A stretch of 64,000 nt of DNA from sequence record PP337211; one strand, 5' to 3'. Made by a program: the position numbers and the translations under genes. Under the pieces are notes generated by a model. It searched no databases. It saw only the letters and a program-made list of their open reading frames with translations, and had not been told where the DNA came from. Every line of letters starts with the position of its first letter. Positions within the stretch are counted from its first letter, which is position 1. Positions 1-10,801 of this stretch are shown here, one piece after another. Origin of the DNA: Escherichia phage ERS-1.

Positions 1-49
1 TGTTATTGCTAAGGTTAACCTGGTAACTGGGACACAAGACTCCAGCACC
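1..49. repeat. Partial copy (3' half) of boundary repeat element E: inner-stem arm ATTGCTAAGGTTAA (5-18), 24-nt variable segment (19-42), outer-stem arm CAGCACC (43-49); cut by window start
   Basis: Matches the 3' half of the complete copy at 57,996-58,128 (same arm sequence, same spacing, same terminal CAGCACC). T4-like DNA starts immediately after pos 49. Confidence 0.6.
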
Positions 50-127
50 ATTCCTATAAATAGCAGACATTAGATATTTCTTTTCTTCGCCTTCACGAAT
101 ACGATACTTCTTACCGATTTTAAACAT
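50..127 (-). pseudogene. Truncated CDS: 26 N-terminal codons (MFKIGKKYRIREGEEKKYLMSAIYRNG) whose reading frame runs into the repeat at 1-49
   Basis: ATG at 125-127 on minus strand; no stop before the repeat or window edge; the body of the gene is absent. Confidence 0.3.
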
Positions 128-129
128 AA

Positions 130-306
130 TTACCCTTTAAGTAAGTCGTAAAAACCACCGTTCACATGCTTAGGAGCAGAAGGCCGACGAGTAGACAGAC
201 GATGACATTTAGGGCAAACATCATTTTCTCGTTCAGAAATCTTTTTAATTTTTTCATATTCATGCCCGCAATCTTCGGATTGGCATTTATAATCATACAT
301 TGGCAT
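130..306 (-). CDS. Small zinc-ribbon protein (58 aa; CxxC..17..CxxC)
   Basis: Own translation of minus strand: MPMYDYKCQSEDCGHEYEKIKKISERENDVCPKCHRLSTRRPSAPKHVNGGFYDLLKG; two Cys pairs typical of a Zn ribbon. Below the 60-aa cut-off of the ORF track. Confidence 0.4.
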   Translation of the reverse strand: MPMYDYKCQSEDCGHEYEKIKKISERENDVCPKCHRLSTRRPSAPKHVNGGFYDLLKG

Positions 307-308
307 AA

Positions 309-545
309 TTATTCCTTAAAGTGTGCTTTCAACATCTGATACAAGGACCATGCCTGTTCATTATTTTCAATAGTAACTTTCATGACAGGAAATGCTGTGA
401 AATCTTCTATTTGTTCTTGCTCTTCCTGCTCTTGTTCTTCAGCAGCCTGATATGGATTTTCAACTTCATCAAAGAATTCAGCTTCGTTAGTAGAAAGCCA
501 CGATAAAGTTTTCGTCAATGACTGTATCACGTGTTGAATATCCAA
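309..545 (-). CDS. Hypothetical acidic protein
   Basis: 78-aa ORF, phage-like AT-rich codon usage, part of a tightly packed minus-strand array; no motif recognised. Confidence 0.35.
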   Translation of the reverse strand: MDIQHVIQSLTKTLSWLSTNEAEFFDEVENPYQAAEEQEQEEQEQIEDFTAFPVMKVTIENNEQAWSLYQMLKAHFKE

Positions 546-729
546 TTATGCCAGCAGATGTCACAATTTCAGTAGGACGCCCGTAATAGTCAACATCTAA
601 AATTTTAAAAGGTTCCATACCTAAACGTCGTGCATAGATTCCGTTATCAGTATGGTCTTTAATAAAATTTTCTTGAGCCTGTTTATTTTTAAATTGATAC
701 CATTTATTAACTTCAAATTTAATAGCCAT
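487..729 (-). CDS. Hypothetical protein
   Basis: 80-aa ORF, packed in the same operon-like array; ORF overlap at the 5' side suggests a frameshift or alternative start. Confidence 0.35.
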   Translation of the reverse strand: MAIKFEVNKWYQFKNKQAQENFIKDHTDNGIYARRLGMEPFKILDVDYYGRPTEIVTSAGIIGYSTRDTVIDENFIVAFY

Positions 730-944
730 TAATAAATTTCCTTCCAGTAAGTTGTGCCATCTTCAGTGATTTCACGGAATACACCATAAATCGGTTGTTT
801 ATCACCAACCTTTTCATACACATAAACCGAAGTCAAGTGAGTAAACTTAGCAGTGTGTTCCTTTTGAACTACTACCAAATCTGGATCAAATAATATATCT
901 TCAAATTCGTCATTAGTGCAGTTCTGAACAATTTTACGTTTCAT
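729..944 (-). CDS. Hypothetical protein
   Basis: 71-aa ORF with ATGA start/stop overlap with the downstream ORF, typical of T4 early gene packing. Confidence 0.35.
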   Translation of the reverse strand: MKRKIVQNCTNDEFEDILFDPDLVVVQKEHTAKFTHLTSVYVYEKVGDKQPIYGVFREITEDGTTYWKEIY

Positions 945-1214
945 TACAATTTCCTCATTAATTGAACATTGGAGCGATGCGTTTCAGAAGAGTAGCAGCA
1001 CCTTTGGCGAATTTTCCATTTTATTCTCCAAGTTGTTTTCTGTATCGGTAGTTGATATTGATATAGTACCATAATCAACTACCGATGTATATAGTTTTAT
1101 GAAAAAATTTTAAACTTTATGCATAGCGGGCTTTGCTATAGTGTTTAATCCAACTTTCAGGAATGACTTTGTATGTTCCTAAAAATACCGCGTTGTACAA
1201 CTTAACGCCATCTT

Positions 1215-1484
1215 CTACCCACTGATCGGTAATGTATGCACACATAGCGCGAGTACGGTGTTTTTGAACAACCCCTTCCTCATCTTCAGTAAATTAAATT
1301 CATAAGGAGCAACGAACTTAATAGCCTGACCGAGTTTCCACTTAAAGTCTACACCTACGTGCGAAGTATCAATCGTTTCAATTCCTTTAGCAGGAACAGC
1401 TTTCAAAAACGCAGACTCAAGAAATTTCGCGCGAACATATCCAAACTGGGGTTTAGACTTTCCATCTTTAGGAATGATACGCAC
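1215..1484 (-). CDS. Hypothetical protein (motB-region)
   Basis: 89-aa ORF; position relative to dexA corresponds to the motB/motB.x region of T4; the product itself not recognised. Confidence 0.3.
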   Translation of the reverse strand: MRIIPKDGKSKPQFGYVRAKFLESAFLKAVPAKGIETIDTSHVGVDFKWKLGQAIKFVAPYEFNLLKMRKGLFKNTVLALCVHTLPISG

Positions 1485-1701
1485 TTTTACTTCAGAATCT
1501 TCATCTTATAACACCATGTTTAAGCTGAATGCTTACAATTTCAACCAATTTTCCTGCTGCTTTAGAACGGGATTTATCAGATACACGAGCAATTTCACCA
1601 ATATTAATAATCATAGTTATCTCTCACTTGTTAAAAAGATTTTATACTCCACAGGACCATTATACTCTGGTGAAGAGTTGTAAACTATTAATTCAAAATA
1701 G

Positions 1702-2019
1702 CTACCACTGCACTACGAGGTATACGCTAAAATCACCTGCATGAACAATGTTCAGAAGTTCAACACCATCTTCAATCCACTGGTCTGTTACCCAACCACA
1801 GACCGAAACAAATGGGGTCTTAATAGCTACTGCACGAGTCAAAAGGTCAGTAGGATCGCATTCTTGGAAGAGGATAAGCTCTGCTTCAAAGACTATAGTT
1901 TTAATTACTTCATCATTATCTAAGCGTTGTTTTGAATCACATAAGTTTTTTTTATTCTTATCATACCAATTACTTTTTGAAAAACTTTTAACCACAAACT
2001 CGCCTTTCACCCAAAACAC
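1702..2019 (-). CDS. Hypothetical protein
   Basis: 105-aa ORF on minus strand. Confidence 0.3.
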   Translation of the reverse strand: MFWVKGEFVVKSFSKSNWYDKNKKNLCDSKQRLDNDEVIKTIVFEAELILFQECDPTDLLTRAVAIKTPFVSVCGWVTDQWIEDGVELLNIVHAGDFSVYLVVQW

Positions 2020-2234
2020 CGGTCAATTTTATAACCCAAACTTAGTTCAGTAGTTTTAATTTCAGTTTTCAACCAGTTTGTAGATTTTACCAATTTCTGA
2101 TGGTCCGAGCAGTCATAAAGGTTTCCTTAATTTCTAATGGTTTAACAAGAGTGCCATACATGCTTGCTATATCCATATCAAGCAGCTTATATACAGGATT
2201 CGTGCGTATTCAGAATTATAATTAAATTTCATAA

Positions 2235-2483
2235 TTATCTCATTTCAATAAAATCTACAAGTTCAGCATGGGATTTGCGGAACATTACTTGGTGCCCGCC
2301 AATGATAACTTGGTCATCTGGCACTTCGTATACAGCAAGATAAAATCCTTTAGAAGATAATTCTTCATGCTCTTCTCGTGTGAACCATCTCATCATATCA
2401 TATTCACTAGCGAAAGCAAAATGATAAAGAGCTATAAACCATCCTGGAATATAATGATTACGCCTACATATTCTCTTTCTCAA
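2235..2483 (-). CDS. Hypothetical protein
   Basis: 82-aa ORF on minus strand. Confidence 0.3.
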   Translation of the reverse strand: MRKRICRRNHYIPGWFIALYHFAFASEYDMMRWFTREEHEELSSKGFYLAVYEVPDDQVIIGGHQVMFRKSHAELVDFIEMR

Positions 2484-2792
2484 ATTTAGTATTAATTGCT
2501 ATATTAGCATTTTTAACTAATAATTTGTCTTGCGCGGAGAGGAATTCTTTGTTATCATTACTATGATGCATAAAATTAGGTCTATCATAACCTACGTGTA
2601 ATAACCACTCTTGCTCCATGAATCTATTATACTCCTGTATGGTGTTATTTGAACATAAGACTTTGATGAATTGTTATAGCATCTTCACAATTAAGAATAC
2701 TAAAAGATGACTTTAAGACAAATTTTCATTTTATTATCCTCAGAGTGATGGTGTTTATAATACCACAACTAACCGAGGAAGTAAACAACTTT

Positions 2793-3479
2793 TTATCGTT
2801 TTGTTGGAAGAGACAGAGGATCGCACTCTTCCTCTGACGGAGCATCTTCAAGACCCATAGCATACCGCAAAGCATACTTCATCATCAGGATGTCTTTTGC
2901 ACAGTCATGAATAGAATCATGTGCAACGAATCCATCTAAAGTTCCCTTTGGAAGAGGACATGTAGTCATATCACGAACAAGCAGAAGTGCTTCAATTCTG
3001 GATTTACGAATATCACGCTGATTCCAGAATTTACATGGTTCTAACTTAAATGTATCAAGCTCATTCTCGGAAACGCCGTTAAGACGTTGAATATCACGAA
3101 TGAGATCAACTAAAATAGGAAAATCAAACGACATTCCACGGCACCAGCCATGAGATTTCCAAGGATCGATATTATGCGCATTGATGTAATCATTAAATTT
3201 TGCAATACCATCGATAGTGCTTACATCTTCATCTGATGGCGCAATATTTTTTCGAGCTTCAGGAGATTGATTTTTCCACCATTCGATAGTGCTTTTAGTA
3301 AAAAGACGATGTCCTTTTTGGCTTTTTAAATCAAACTTGATTTTAATGCCGCGTGAAACTAATTCATCAAATGTTTCAACTACTTCTGGATTAGGGTCAA
3401 AGGCAATAACAGCCAAATCAATAACAGCTGCCTTTTCACCGCTTCCCATTGTTTCAAAATCTATAATAAAATCAAACAT
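2793..3479 (-). CDS. dexA: Exonuclease A (3'-5' DnaQ-like exonuclease)
   Basis: 228-aa intact ORF; N-terminus MFDFIIDFETMGSGEKAAVIDLAVIAF matches recalled T4 DexA including the DFET Exo I-type motif; T4 synteny (upstream of dda). Confidence 0.8.
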   Translation of the reverse strand: MFDFIIDFETMGSGEKAAVIDLAVIAFDPNPEVVETFDELVSRGIKIKFDLKSQKGHRLFTKSTIEWWKNQSPEARKNIAPSDEDVSTIDGIAKFNDYINAHNIDPWKSHGWCRGMSFDFPILVDLIRDIQRLNGVSENELDTFKLEPCKFWNQRDIRKSRIEALLLVRDMTTCPLPKGTLDGFVAHDSIHDCAKDILMMKYALRYAMGLEDAPSEEECDPLSLPTKR

Positions 3480-3492
3480 TAAATTTTCCTCG

Positions 3493-3756
3493 CTAAATCG
3501 CGAAAATTTGACCTACAGTATAATCTTGGATATAAACTTTATTAATAGGCTCATCAATAAATTTTGCCATAGATTCAATATCTTTTTGTATCTCTTCAAG
3601 ACTGTATACTATCTTTAAAGCTTTTTCGCGAATAGTAACATTATCAGGTCCTGAATTTTCTTGGATGACAGCTTTAACATTTGTCATAAGAGATTTAAAC
3701 TGCTGCAAACTTAATTCAATCATTAATAACCGCCTTGTAAAGATGGCTAATTTCAC
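3493..3756 (-). CDS. Hypothetical small protein (dexA.1/dexA.2 position)
   Basis: 87-aa ORF between dda and dexA. Confidence 0.35.
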   Translation of the reverse strand: MKLAIFTRRLLMIELSLQQFKSLMTNVKAVIQENSGPDNVTIREKALKIVYSLEEIQKDIESMAKFIDEPINKVYIQDYTVGQIFAI

Positions 3757-3976
3757 CTAAAACATAATCACTGATTGTAACAGTTTTCACTTCGCCGCAA
3801 AAGAATTCTAACGCAATCAAATCTCGTTCAATTTCTTCCAATTGAAGCATTAACTTGCCTGATTCAATTTTCACGTTTTTGCGATTTTTACTATAAGCTA
3901 TTTCATAAATTTCACTCACTTTATCTTGAAGCAGATAAAACTGGTCTTTAGTTATTTCCACGAATAGCTTCCTCAA
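3716..3976 (-). CDS. Hypothetical small protein
   Basis: 86-aa ORF between dda and dexA. Confidence 0.35.
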   Translation of the reverse strand: MRKLFVEITKDQFYLLQDKVSEIYEIAYSKNRKNVKIESGKLMLQLEEIERDLIALEFFCGEVKTVTISDYVLGEISHLYKAVIND

Positions 3977-4208
3977 ATTTAATCAGCAGCTTACAGACAC
4001 TTTCATCTAATGTAATTACCGTATCTGTATTACTGTGATATGATTGTTTTTCAATTCGTTTAATTGCTAGTATAGTATCACTTATAAGATTAAGCTTATA
4101 AAGGAGCTCAGCTCCTGTTACCATAACACTGAGGTTATCTTGCTTATCAGTATGCTTCTTTATACCATCTATTAGACGATTTAAATATTTTGAATTGATG
4201 TTAATCAT
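3948..4208 (-). CDS. Hypothetical small protein
   Basis: 86-aa ORF between dda and dexA. Confidence 0.35.
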   Translation of the reverse strand: MININSKYLNRLIDGIKKHTDKQDNLSVMVTGAELLYKLNLISDTILAIKRIEKQSYHSNTDTVITLDESVCKLLIKFEEAIRGNN

Positions 4209-4214
4209 ATATCC

Positions 4215-5537
4215 TCACACATAAAACACATCATAACGACCACGAGTGACACCAACATAAAGAAGCTGCTGAGCTAATTCAGCATCTGCATAATGAATAC
4301 AAGGCGTATAAATGAAAGCACGGTCTACAGACATACCCTGCGCTTTATGGAATGTTGATGCAGGAAGTGCTTTCACTTTACTAAACTGTGATTTAGCATC
4401 CCAAAAATCGCTCCACGGAGCTTTTCCGCCTTTGTTCCAATTTTTATAAGTTTCTGCCGTTTTACCTAAAAATAGGTTAAACTTATACAATTCTTCATCG
4501 GATTTGAAATTATTTTAATCTTTTCACGATAATATTCATCATCGCCGTAAGTTTCTACTGTTAAATCCCAATGACGAATTAGATATTCTCCAGAAACACC
4601 ACGAGCTTTAACAAATGTTGATGTATACTCTGCTTCTATAATACGAACTAATTGTCCGTTATTAAAAATAATTTCTGACACAGGCTTTCCGTCAATTTTA
4701 TATGTTTTAATTAATGGTTCCTGCATTACAATAATTTCACCAACGATAAAATCTTTATCAGTTTCAAAAATCTTTTTGCGAATAATGCTATTTAACTTAT
4801 CAACAGATTTATTCGTAAATGCCATTACGCGATTTTCAAACAAATCATCTAGTGATTTTACAATTGAAAAATAATTTACCATAAAATCACGTAAAGCGGT
4901 ATCACCAGTAAATCCACGTACTCCATGCCCGTCAACAACTTTATCATAAATCCACTTACCGTTGCGAACATCAGTAGCTACATCAATAATAGGAGCATTA
5001 CTGCGTTTAACTTCAGTGAGTTCACACTGATAAAAATCTTTATGCGTAAAGAATGGACTGATATAAGCAGTGTTTTCTCCTGGGTCAACAGGTCTAATTT
5101 GCTTATTATCGCCTATTCCAATTATAGTACACCACGGCGGGATAGTTGAAAGCAGAATTTTAAATAGCTTTCTATCATACATTGACACTTCGTCGCAGAT
5201 TAATACTCTGCATTTAGCTAAATCCGGTACTTCTTTTGTTCAAAAAGAACGTTTTCTTCATATGTTACTGGGTTAATTTTGAGAATACTGTGAATAGTAC
5301 TCGCTTCTTTCCCTGACAGTTTTGAAAGAATCTTTTTAGCTGCATGAGTAGGAGCTGCTAAAATAATGCCAGTTTCACCCGTAGATATTAAAGCTTCAAT
5401 GATGAACTTAGTAAGAGTAGTCTTACCAGTACCGGCAGGTCCATTAATAGTTACATGATGTTTCTTTTCTTTAATAGCCCTCATAACGATGTTAAAGGCA
5501 TTCTTTTCTGGCCTTCGGTCAAATCATCAAATGTCAT
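4215..5537 (-). CDS. dda: Dda SF1B 5'-3' DNA helicase; reading frame broken at least three times
   Basis: ORFs 5218-5484 (Walker A GPAGTGKTT), 4466-5188 and 4215-4490 together match recalled T4 Dda almost residue for residue; N-terminus MTFDDLTEGQK found in a fourth frame at 5537. Confidence 0.85.
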
Positions 5538-5615
5538 CGTAAATTCCCTGCAATTGGTATACTAACAATACGCCCAGTATCTAAAATTTGCCTATATAAT
5601 CTTTGTGTGTCTACA

Positions 5616-5846
5616 TCAAGGCTTAACATGTTTAACTTCTATTTTATTAAACCAAAACTTGCGTGGAGTCTCAACTAATCTCGGAATTCCCATACCTAAA
5701 GCTAGTTTATACTGCTCTTTAAGAGTAGTAAATACTTTATCAGCAATCTCCCTTTCAAAAAATACAGCAGGACGATGTTCATCAAGAGGAACAGGCACCG
5801 CAAATCCATCTTTATCTCTATACACTATCGCATATACATAAAACAT
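5616..5846 (-). CDS. Hypothetical protein (dda.1 position)
   Basis: 76-aa ORF immediately upstream of dda. Confidence 0.35.
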   Translation of the reverse strand: MFYVYAIVYRDKDGFAVPVPLDEHRPAVFFEREIADKVFTTLKEQYKLALGMGIPRLVETPRKFWFNKIEVKHVKP

Positions 5847-5999
5847 ATTATCCTCGGATAAGTTTAAAAATTGAACAATTTAGCGGGTATCCTCTTTTCA
5901 GTTTAAGTTTATCAATAAAAGACAAGTTTTGATACCGCTCTACACCTTGAATAATTTTATCACACATATCATATTGCATTTCTGCTTCTGACAGCTTTT

Positions 6000-6596
6000 T
6001 CAAACAGTTTTCCAATCAGAGCCCTTAAGAAGAACGTTCAATTTAACAACTTCAGTGCCTTCTGCTATACGAGAACCATCAATACGAGCTTTGAGTGCTA
6101 CAATCGTTAGCTTAATGTCTGAGGTTTGTTTTGATTTAGAAAGCTGAGAAATGTGTTCAATTCGGTTTTCACGTTTTTTCTGTATAGCTTTAATTTGATT
6201 ATAAGTCTTTTTGATTTTAGCCCATTTCTTTTCATCTAAATTTAGTTTATGAACTTTTTTCGCAGATGAACGACCAATTCGCAAAGCAAATAAATCACGC
6301 TTTTCAATCAACTCTTCTAAAGTATAATCAGAACGAAATGTGTTGTACTTTTTCTTTACTGCAATAACATTCCCTTTAATGTATCCAATATTATTATCAA
6401 AACGTTCTAATGATAATTTCTCTCCTTCAATACGATTATCAAAAGGTTCTCCCGAGTAAGCGCAAACTTTCTGATCTAAAATGTTCTTAATGTAATTGAA
6501 GTCTAAGTTAAAATCTTTAGAACGTCTTTTAGCAGATGCCTGAGTATGCTCTAGACGACGTGTAATTTTACGAATTTGATTTTTAGACAGTTTCAT
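6000..6596 (-). CDS. Hypothetical basic protein (srd position); possible degenerate HNH-like CxYSG..N..N segment
   Basis: 198-aa ORF; segment CAYSGEPF..LSLERFDNNIGYIKGNVIAV resembles an HNH core with the catalytic His replaced; weak. Confidence 0.3.
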   Translation of the reverse strand: MKLSKNQIRKITRRLEHTQASAKRRSKDFNLDFNYIKNILDQKVCAYSGEPFDNRIEGEKLSLERFDNNIGYIKGNVIAVKKKYNTFRSDYTLEELIEKRDLFALRIGRSSAKKVHKLNLDEKKWAKIKKTYNQIKAIQKKRENRIEHISQLSKSKQTSDIKLTIVALKARIDGSRIAEGTEVVKLNVLLKGSDWKTV

Positions 6597-6712
6597 ATTT
6601 TTCTCACGGACGGGTTAACTACTTATACTATAACATTTTTACTTCAGTTTGTAAACAACTTTATGAAAAATGCTTTAAAACTTTCGTGGTATAATGAATC
6701 TAAGTCCTTCCA

Positions 6713-7315
6713 TTATAGATTAAATCCTTCAAAATCAAGAGTATAGATAGTGTATGTTGAATACTTTTTATACTCGTACCTATCCGCAATTCTAAATACA
6801 CTTCCAGCTGGTATCATTACTTCTTGTTCATCTGAAACTAATTCCATATTGCGATAACGATGGCTATCCGGAAATTTAAAACTTGGACTATATTCTTTAC
6901 AACGTAGAGCTTTTATAGCATACTTCTGGAAATTAAACACCATAGGAGCTTTGAATTCAAAAATAACTTGTGTGTTGTATTCTAATCCAGAAGCAAAGTG
7001 TAGAGCTATATTTTTATCATATGAAGCTGATACTACTTTATCAAATGTAATAATATCAATTCCTTGATTTAACACCTGTTTAGTCTCAACTGGAACACCT
7101 CTCCAAAGAGGTTTATCGTTTGGAACCAAATGAGATTTGATTATTTCATTTAACCAAGAATGATCGTCTGGCTTATTAGTAATACAATGAATTAAAAGTT
7201 CAATTTCGGATAAATTAAATCCTTCAGAAAGTAATTCTTCACGAATAGAAGCACGCACCGATGCATCCATTGATTCGTTTTTAAAATCTTTTAATTGCAT
7301 TGCTGAATATTTCAT
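6713..7315 (-). CDS. ADP-ribosyltransferase, ModA/ModB family
   Basis: 200-aa ORF with ordered R (LWRGV), S-x-S (VSASY) and Q/E-x-E (DEQEV) elements of the R-S-E ADP-ribosyltransferase fold; position matches modA/modB of T4. Confidence 0.55.
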   Translation of the reverse strand: MKYSAMQLKDFKNESMDASVRASIREELLSEGFNLSEIELLIHCITNKPDDHSWLNEIIKSHLVPNDKPLWRGVPVETKQVLNQGIDIITFDKVVSASYDKNIALHFASGLEYNTQVIFEFKAPMVFNFQKYAIKALRCKEYSPSFKFPDSHRYRNMELVSDEQEVMIPAGSVFRIADRYEYKKYSTYTIYTLDFEGFNL

Positions 7316-7319
7316 TCAA

Positions 7320-7935
7320 CTACCTCAACATCATACACTTTAAATTTTCCAAATGAATCGTGTAATTTTTCTTTTGAAATAGAAGTTATTTTATACTTTC
7401 CAATTGGAATCATCCATTCTTGTTCACGTACAATCATCATTAAGTTATCAGTACGTTCTGAATCTAATCCATCAGTATCTTCATATGTATACTTAAACCT
7501 CAGTATTAGGAGAAGAAAGTATAATATCGCTGATATGGTCAGAATAATTAAAAGCTTTATCAGTTTTTAAGCGAAATATTATTTCAGTGAAATATTCAAC
7601 ATAAGAAAAAGAACACGCTGTGTGCAAACTAGTAGTAAATGAATCTACTCTGCTGTTGAAAACACTTCTCCGACTTGTAAATCTTTAATGAGTTCTTTTG
7701 TCGATTTTGATATACCACGATATAGCTGATAAGGCGATTTAGTTAAATGCTTTTTAACGATTTTATTCAACTGCTGATGAAGAGCTTCATTCTTTTTGGC
7801 TTCCATACATTGCCAAAGAATTGACTGTTCAAAGTCAGTAAATTTTTCACAGACCTTTTTATACATATCATATTGAAAATCGACACTTTCAGCTTTTATA
7901 GATAACTGTTCAACATCTGCAAGATTAATAATCAT
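7320..7935 (-). CDS. Second ModA/ModB-like ADP-ribosyltransferase paralogue, frame-disrupted
   Basis: ORF 7645-7935 (..KHLTKSPYQLYRGISKSTKELIKDLQVGEVFSTAE) parallels the N-terminal half of the 6713-7315 product; the remainder is in other frames down to ~7320. Confidence 0.4.
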
Positions 7936-8196
7936 GATAGCCTCCGTATACTTCAGAAGCTATCATATCATTGTTAGGAAGGAAAGTAAACAACTTTTTT
8001 TTGAATTATTTTGCCCAGGGAGCCCAGGGCGGAGGGTCAAGATGGTATGAAGCTAGTTCTTCTAGAAGAGCATCTGGGGCTTCAATTCCATAATTCTGTA
8101 ATACTATACGGTACTCTTTCTTATAATCACTAGAATCATTCTGGATATTCGTAGAATGATTATCTTCTAACATCTCAAATAAATCCATATTAATTC

Positions 8197-8592
8197 CTAG
8201 CGATAAAAACCAAAATAACGATTAGCTTCAATAATCTTTCTTTCTTCTTCGGACATTCTCCAGCGTAGTCCAACATCAAAATGAGCCCAGACCATCTTAA
8301 CAAATGCATTTATATCTTTAATATCTTCAATAATGAATGTTTTACTTTTAGAAGGTTGACTAGCTAATTTAACTTTATCGTCTTCAAACAGGTCAAAAAG
8401 ACCATATTCATGGGCTCTTTTATAGCCTTTAATAGTTAAAGCTTCAGAAGAAGAAAATGGTGAATCAGTATTCTGCAAAATATCTTCAGTATGCTCCTTT
8501 ATAATTAGAATAACATTTTCTGGATATTTTCTTTCTTTTATATCTTTAATTAAAGATCCGGATTTTCTGCTAAAGGAATAATTAATGAGCAC
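8197..8592 (-). CDS. Hypothetical protein
   Basis: 131-aa ORF in the modB-soc interval. Confidence 0.3.
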   Translation of the reverse strand: MLINYSFSRKSGSLIKDIKERKYPENVILIIKEHTEDILQNTDSPFSSSEALTIKGYKRAHEYGLFDLFEDDKVKLASQPSKSKTFIIEDIKDINAFVKMVWAHFDVGLRWRMSEEERKIIEANRYFGFYR

Positions 8593-9000
8593 TTTTTATC
8601 AAGTGTATTTACTGATTTACCTTCTTTAGACATAAATTCTATTGAATAATGTTTTGCTACTTCAATCATGTGATTTCCTCTTGCCTACTAACGGACCGTC
8701 AGGAATTTTGGTTTCCTGGATATATTTCTCATTTTCTTCCATCATTTTACTGCCAATTTTAAGAAGCAAATCCAGTGCTTCGTTTGCTTTAGCTTTAGCC
8801 TCTTCTAACGTCATATCTCTGTTCACGATTTATCCCCATAGATGTCTCTCATTAATTTAAGCGCTGAGCGTTCTAATTTCTTTTCTTTCTCAGCACTAAT
8901 CATTGATTTCATCCATTCTTCTGATTCGTTCTGCATTTCTTTATTTGCTTGTTCAACCCAACCATCATCAATATACATTGAGTTTGGTCTATTGAACCAT

Positions 9001-9486
9001 TCAAGCATCTTCTTCAGAACTTTCATTTGTTTTACCTAAAACAACAGTAGGAGCATCATCAAATTCATGAATTTTTAGCAAATTTGGATGTAAACTATTC
9101 CATACAGAAGAAATAAAGTATGATAAAGCATCTTCGTCCACAATTATAAATTTATTTCCTTTATCTATTTTCCAGTCATATACTGAATCGTACGAATAAA
9201 AAGATAAAGGTTCATCATTATATTTTTCTGTGTTAACATTAATGTATTCTGATTTAGTAAATGCTTCAATTGCTCTAAATGGAATATTTGGCACAGTTTC
9301 AATAATACCAATCTTTTTAAGTTTTATTTCAGCATCCTCTGGAACTGGCATTGAAACGAAATTTTCTACGAGATACATTGGGTCGCAATAGCCCTTATCA
9401 ATCATTACTGCTACGGTAATTGGAACGTCTTTAGCAAACGACAAACTATTACTGCTAATATACATTTCAAACAAAATCGCTTCCAT
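9001..9486 (-). CDS. Hypothetical protein
   Basis: 161-aa ORF in the modB-soc interval. Confidence 0.3.
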   Translation of the reverse strand: MEAILFEMYISSNSLSFAKDVPITVAVMIDKGYCDPMYLVENFVSMPVPEDAEIKLKKIGIIETVPNIPFRAIEAFTKSEYINVNTEKYNDEPLSFYSYDSVYDWKIDKGNKFIIVDEDALSYFISSVWNSLHPNLLKIHEFDDAPTVVLGKTNESSEEDA

Positions 9487-9835
9487 AATTTTCCTTCAAT
9501 CACAAGATGTAGATGAACAACTAGAATCACAAGAACTTCCACATGAATCGCCTGCCCACACATGAACAGGAACATTAGTGTCATATGAATCAGAACTAGA
9601 CTGTGCATTCTGTGTGTTAGATGATGCAGTAGGTACTGACCAGCGCCAAGGATTTTTATATATTCTTGGGCTTCTTCATAAGTCATAGTAACTGCTTCTA
9701 CTGTTCCATCTCCCATATAAACATATTCAACTACAGTTAAAGGAAGATTGTCATTTGAAATAGGAACTACACCTTCTCCAGGAGTTGTAGAGAAAAAATC
9801 CGTAAAGAAACTTTTAAACCAATTAAAGATAAACA

Positions 9836-10042
9836 TTACAAAAAGCCTCTTTTGAATTCGACTTGCTTTTCGCCATAATCATATCGAATCTCTGCATTAA
9901 ATTCGACAGAACCATCTGCATACATCATAAATGAATGCACAACAACTTCTGTAGACCATGGCTGTAGTTCATATTTCTTCATTACATGCCGTGAAATGAT
10001 AATATCTAAATCTTCATTTGGTTTAATCCAACGATTTAACAT
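9836..10042 (-). CDS. Hypothetical protein
   Basis: 68-aa ORF upstream of soc. Confidence 0.3.
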   Translation of the reverse strand: MLNRWIKPNEDLDIIISRHVMKKYELQPWSTEVVVHSFMMYADGSVEFNAEIRYDYGEKQVEFKRGFL

Positions 10043-10138
10043 AGCGCTCTCCTCTATAAGATAATTTTATTATACCATACTCATTTTGGAAAGTAAACTG
10101 CAAAAAAAAAAGGACTCCCGAAGGAGTCCTTAAATTAT

Positions 10139-10387
10139 TTAACCACCAATAGTTACTTTCCAAAGACCTTCGTTTGCAGTAATCCATGCATCACGTTGAT
10201 TTTCTTCGTATACAGTAGTATATGCTGCTTTTTCTGAAGGGAATGTCTGGTAATGAGCGCCAGAAATTTTGTGAACGTCAGAATAAAGAGGGAAAGCTAC
10301 AGAAATTTCCTTTCCTTCAATTTTCTTATTTCCGTCTAATTTCTGCTCAAATGTTTTAATATTAACATAACCACGAGTACTAGCCAT
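10139..10387 (-). CDS. soc: Small outer capsid protein Soc
   Basis: 82-aa ORF MASTRGYVNIKTFEQKLDGNKKIEGKEISVAFPLY.. matches recalled T4 Soc in sequence and length; consensus-like RBS upstream. Confidence 0.8.
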   Translation of the reverse strand: MASTRGYVNIKTFEQKLDGNKKIEGKEISVAFPLYSDVHKISGAHYQTFPSEKAAYTTVYEENQRDAWITANEGLWKVTIGG

Positions 10388-10600
10388 GTAATTCTCCTTT
10401 TATTTAAATTACATGATTATTTATAATAAATTCTCTGCTGGAATGTTAAAATATCCAATTTTAGTTAATATAACAACATCACCATTAATAATTACCGGAG
10501 AATAATCTTCTGGAGCATTAAATTTCCAATGGCTCTAATATTATATCCATCAGAACCAATGTCTGACTAGCCGGTCTCCCGGCTCTTTGCCATGTAGAAA

Positions 10601-10801
10601 TCAAATTTCATTTTGAATGTCTATAATTAATTTTAAAGCTTCTTCACTGACAAAAATTTTGTCAGGACCTTTCATAACTTCAACCATATGAAGTTGATTA
10701 GTCAAGAGCTCACACACGAGCTCTTTGTTATAATCTTTAAATAGCTGGTCAATACGTTTCTTATGGGCTTTCTTAAGCTGATGTTTATTTAAATGAGCCA
10801 T
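10601..10801 (-). CDS. Hypothetical small protein
   Basis: 66-aa ORF between gene 56 and soc. Confidence 0.3.
   Translation of the reverse strand: MAHLNKHQLKKAHKKRIDQLFKDYNKELVCELLTNQLHMVEVMKGPDKIFVSEEALKLIIDIQNEI

Noticed and set aside
55-62. T4 late promoter TATAAATA on the plus strand next to the left junction
   Set aside because: An exact consensus match but a single 8-mer in AT-rich DNA with no plus-strand gene downstream; likely chance or a remnant.
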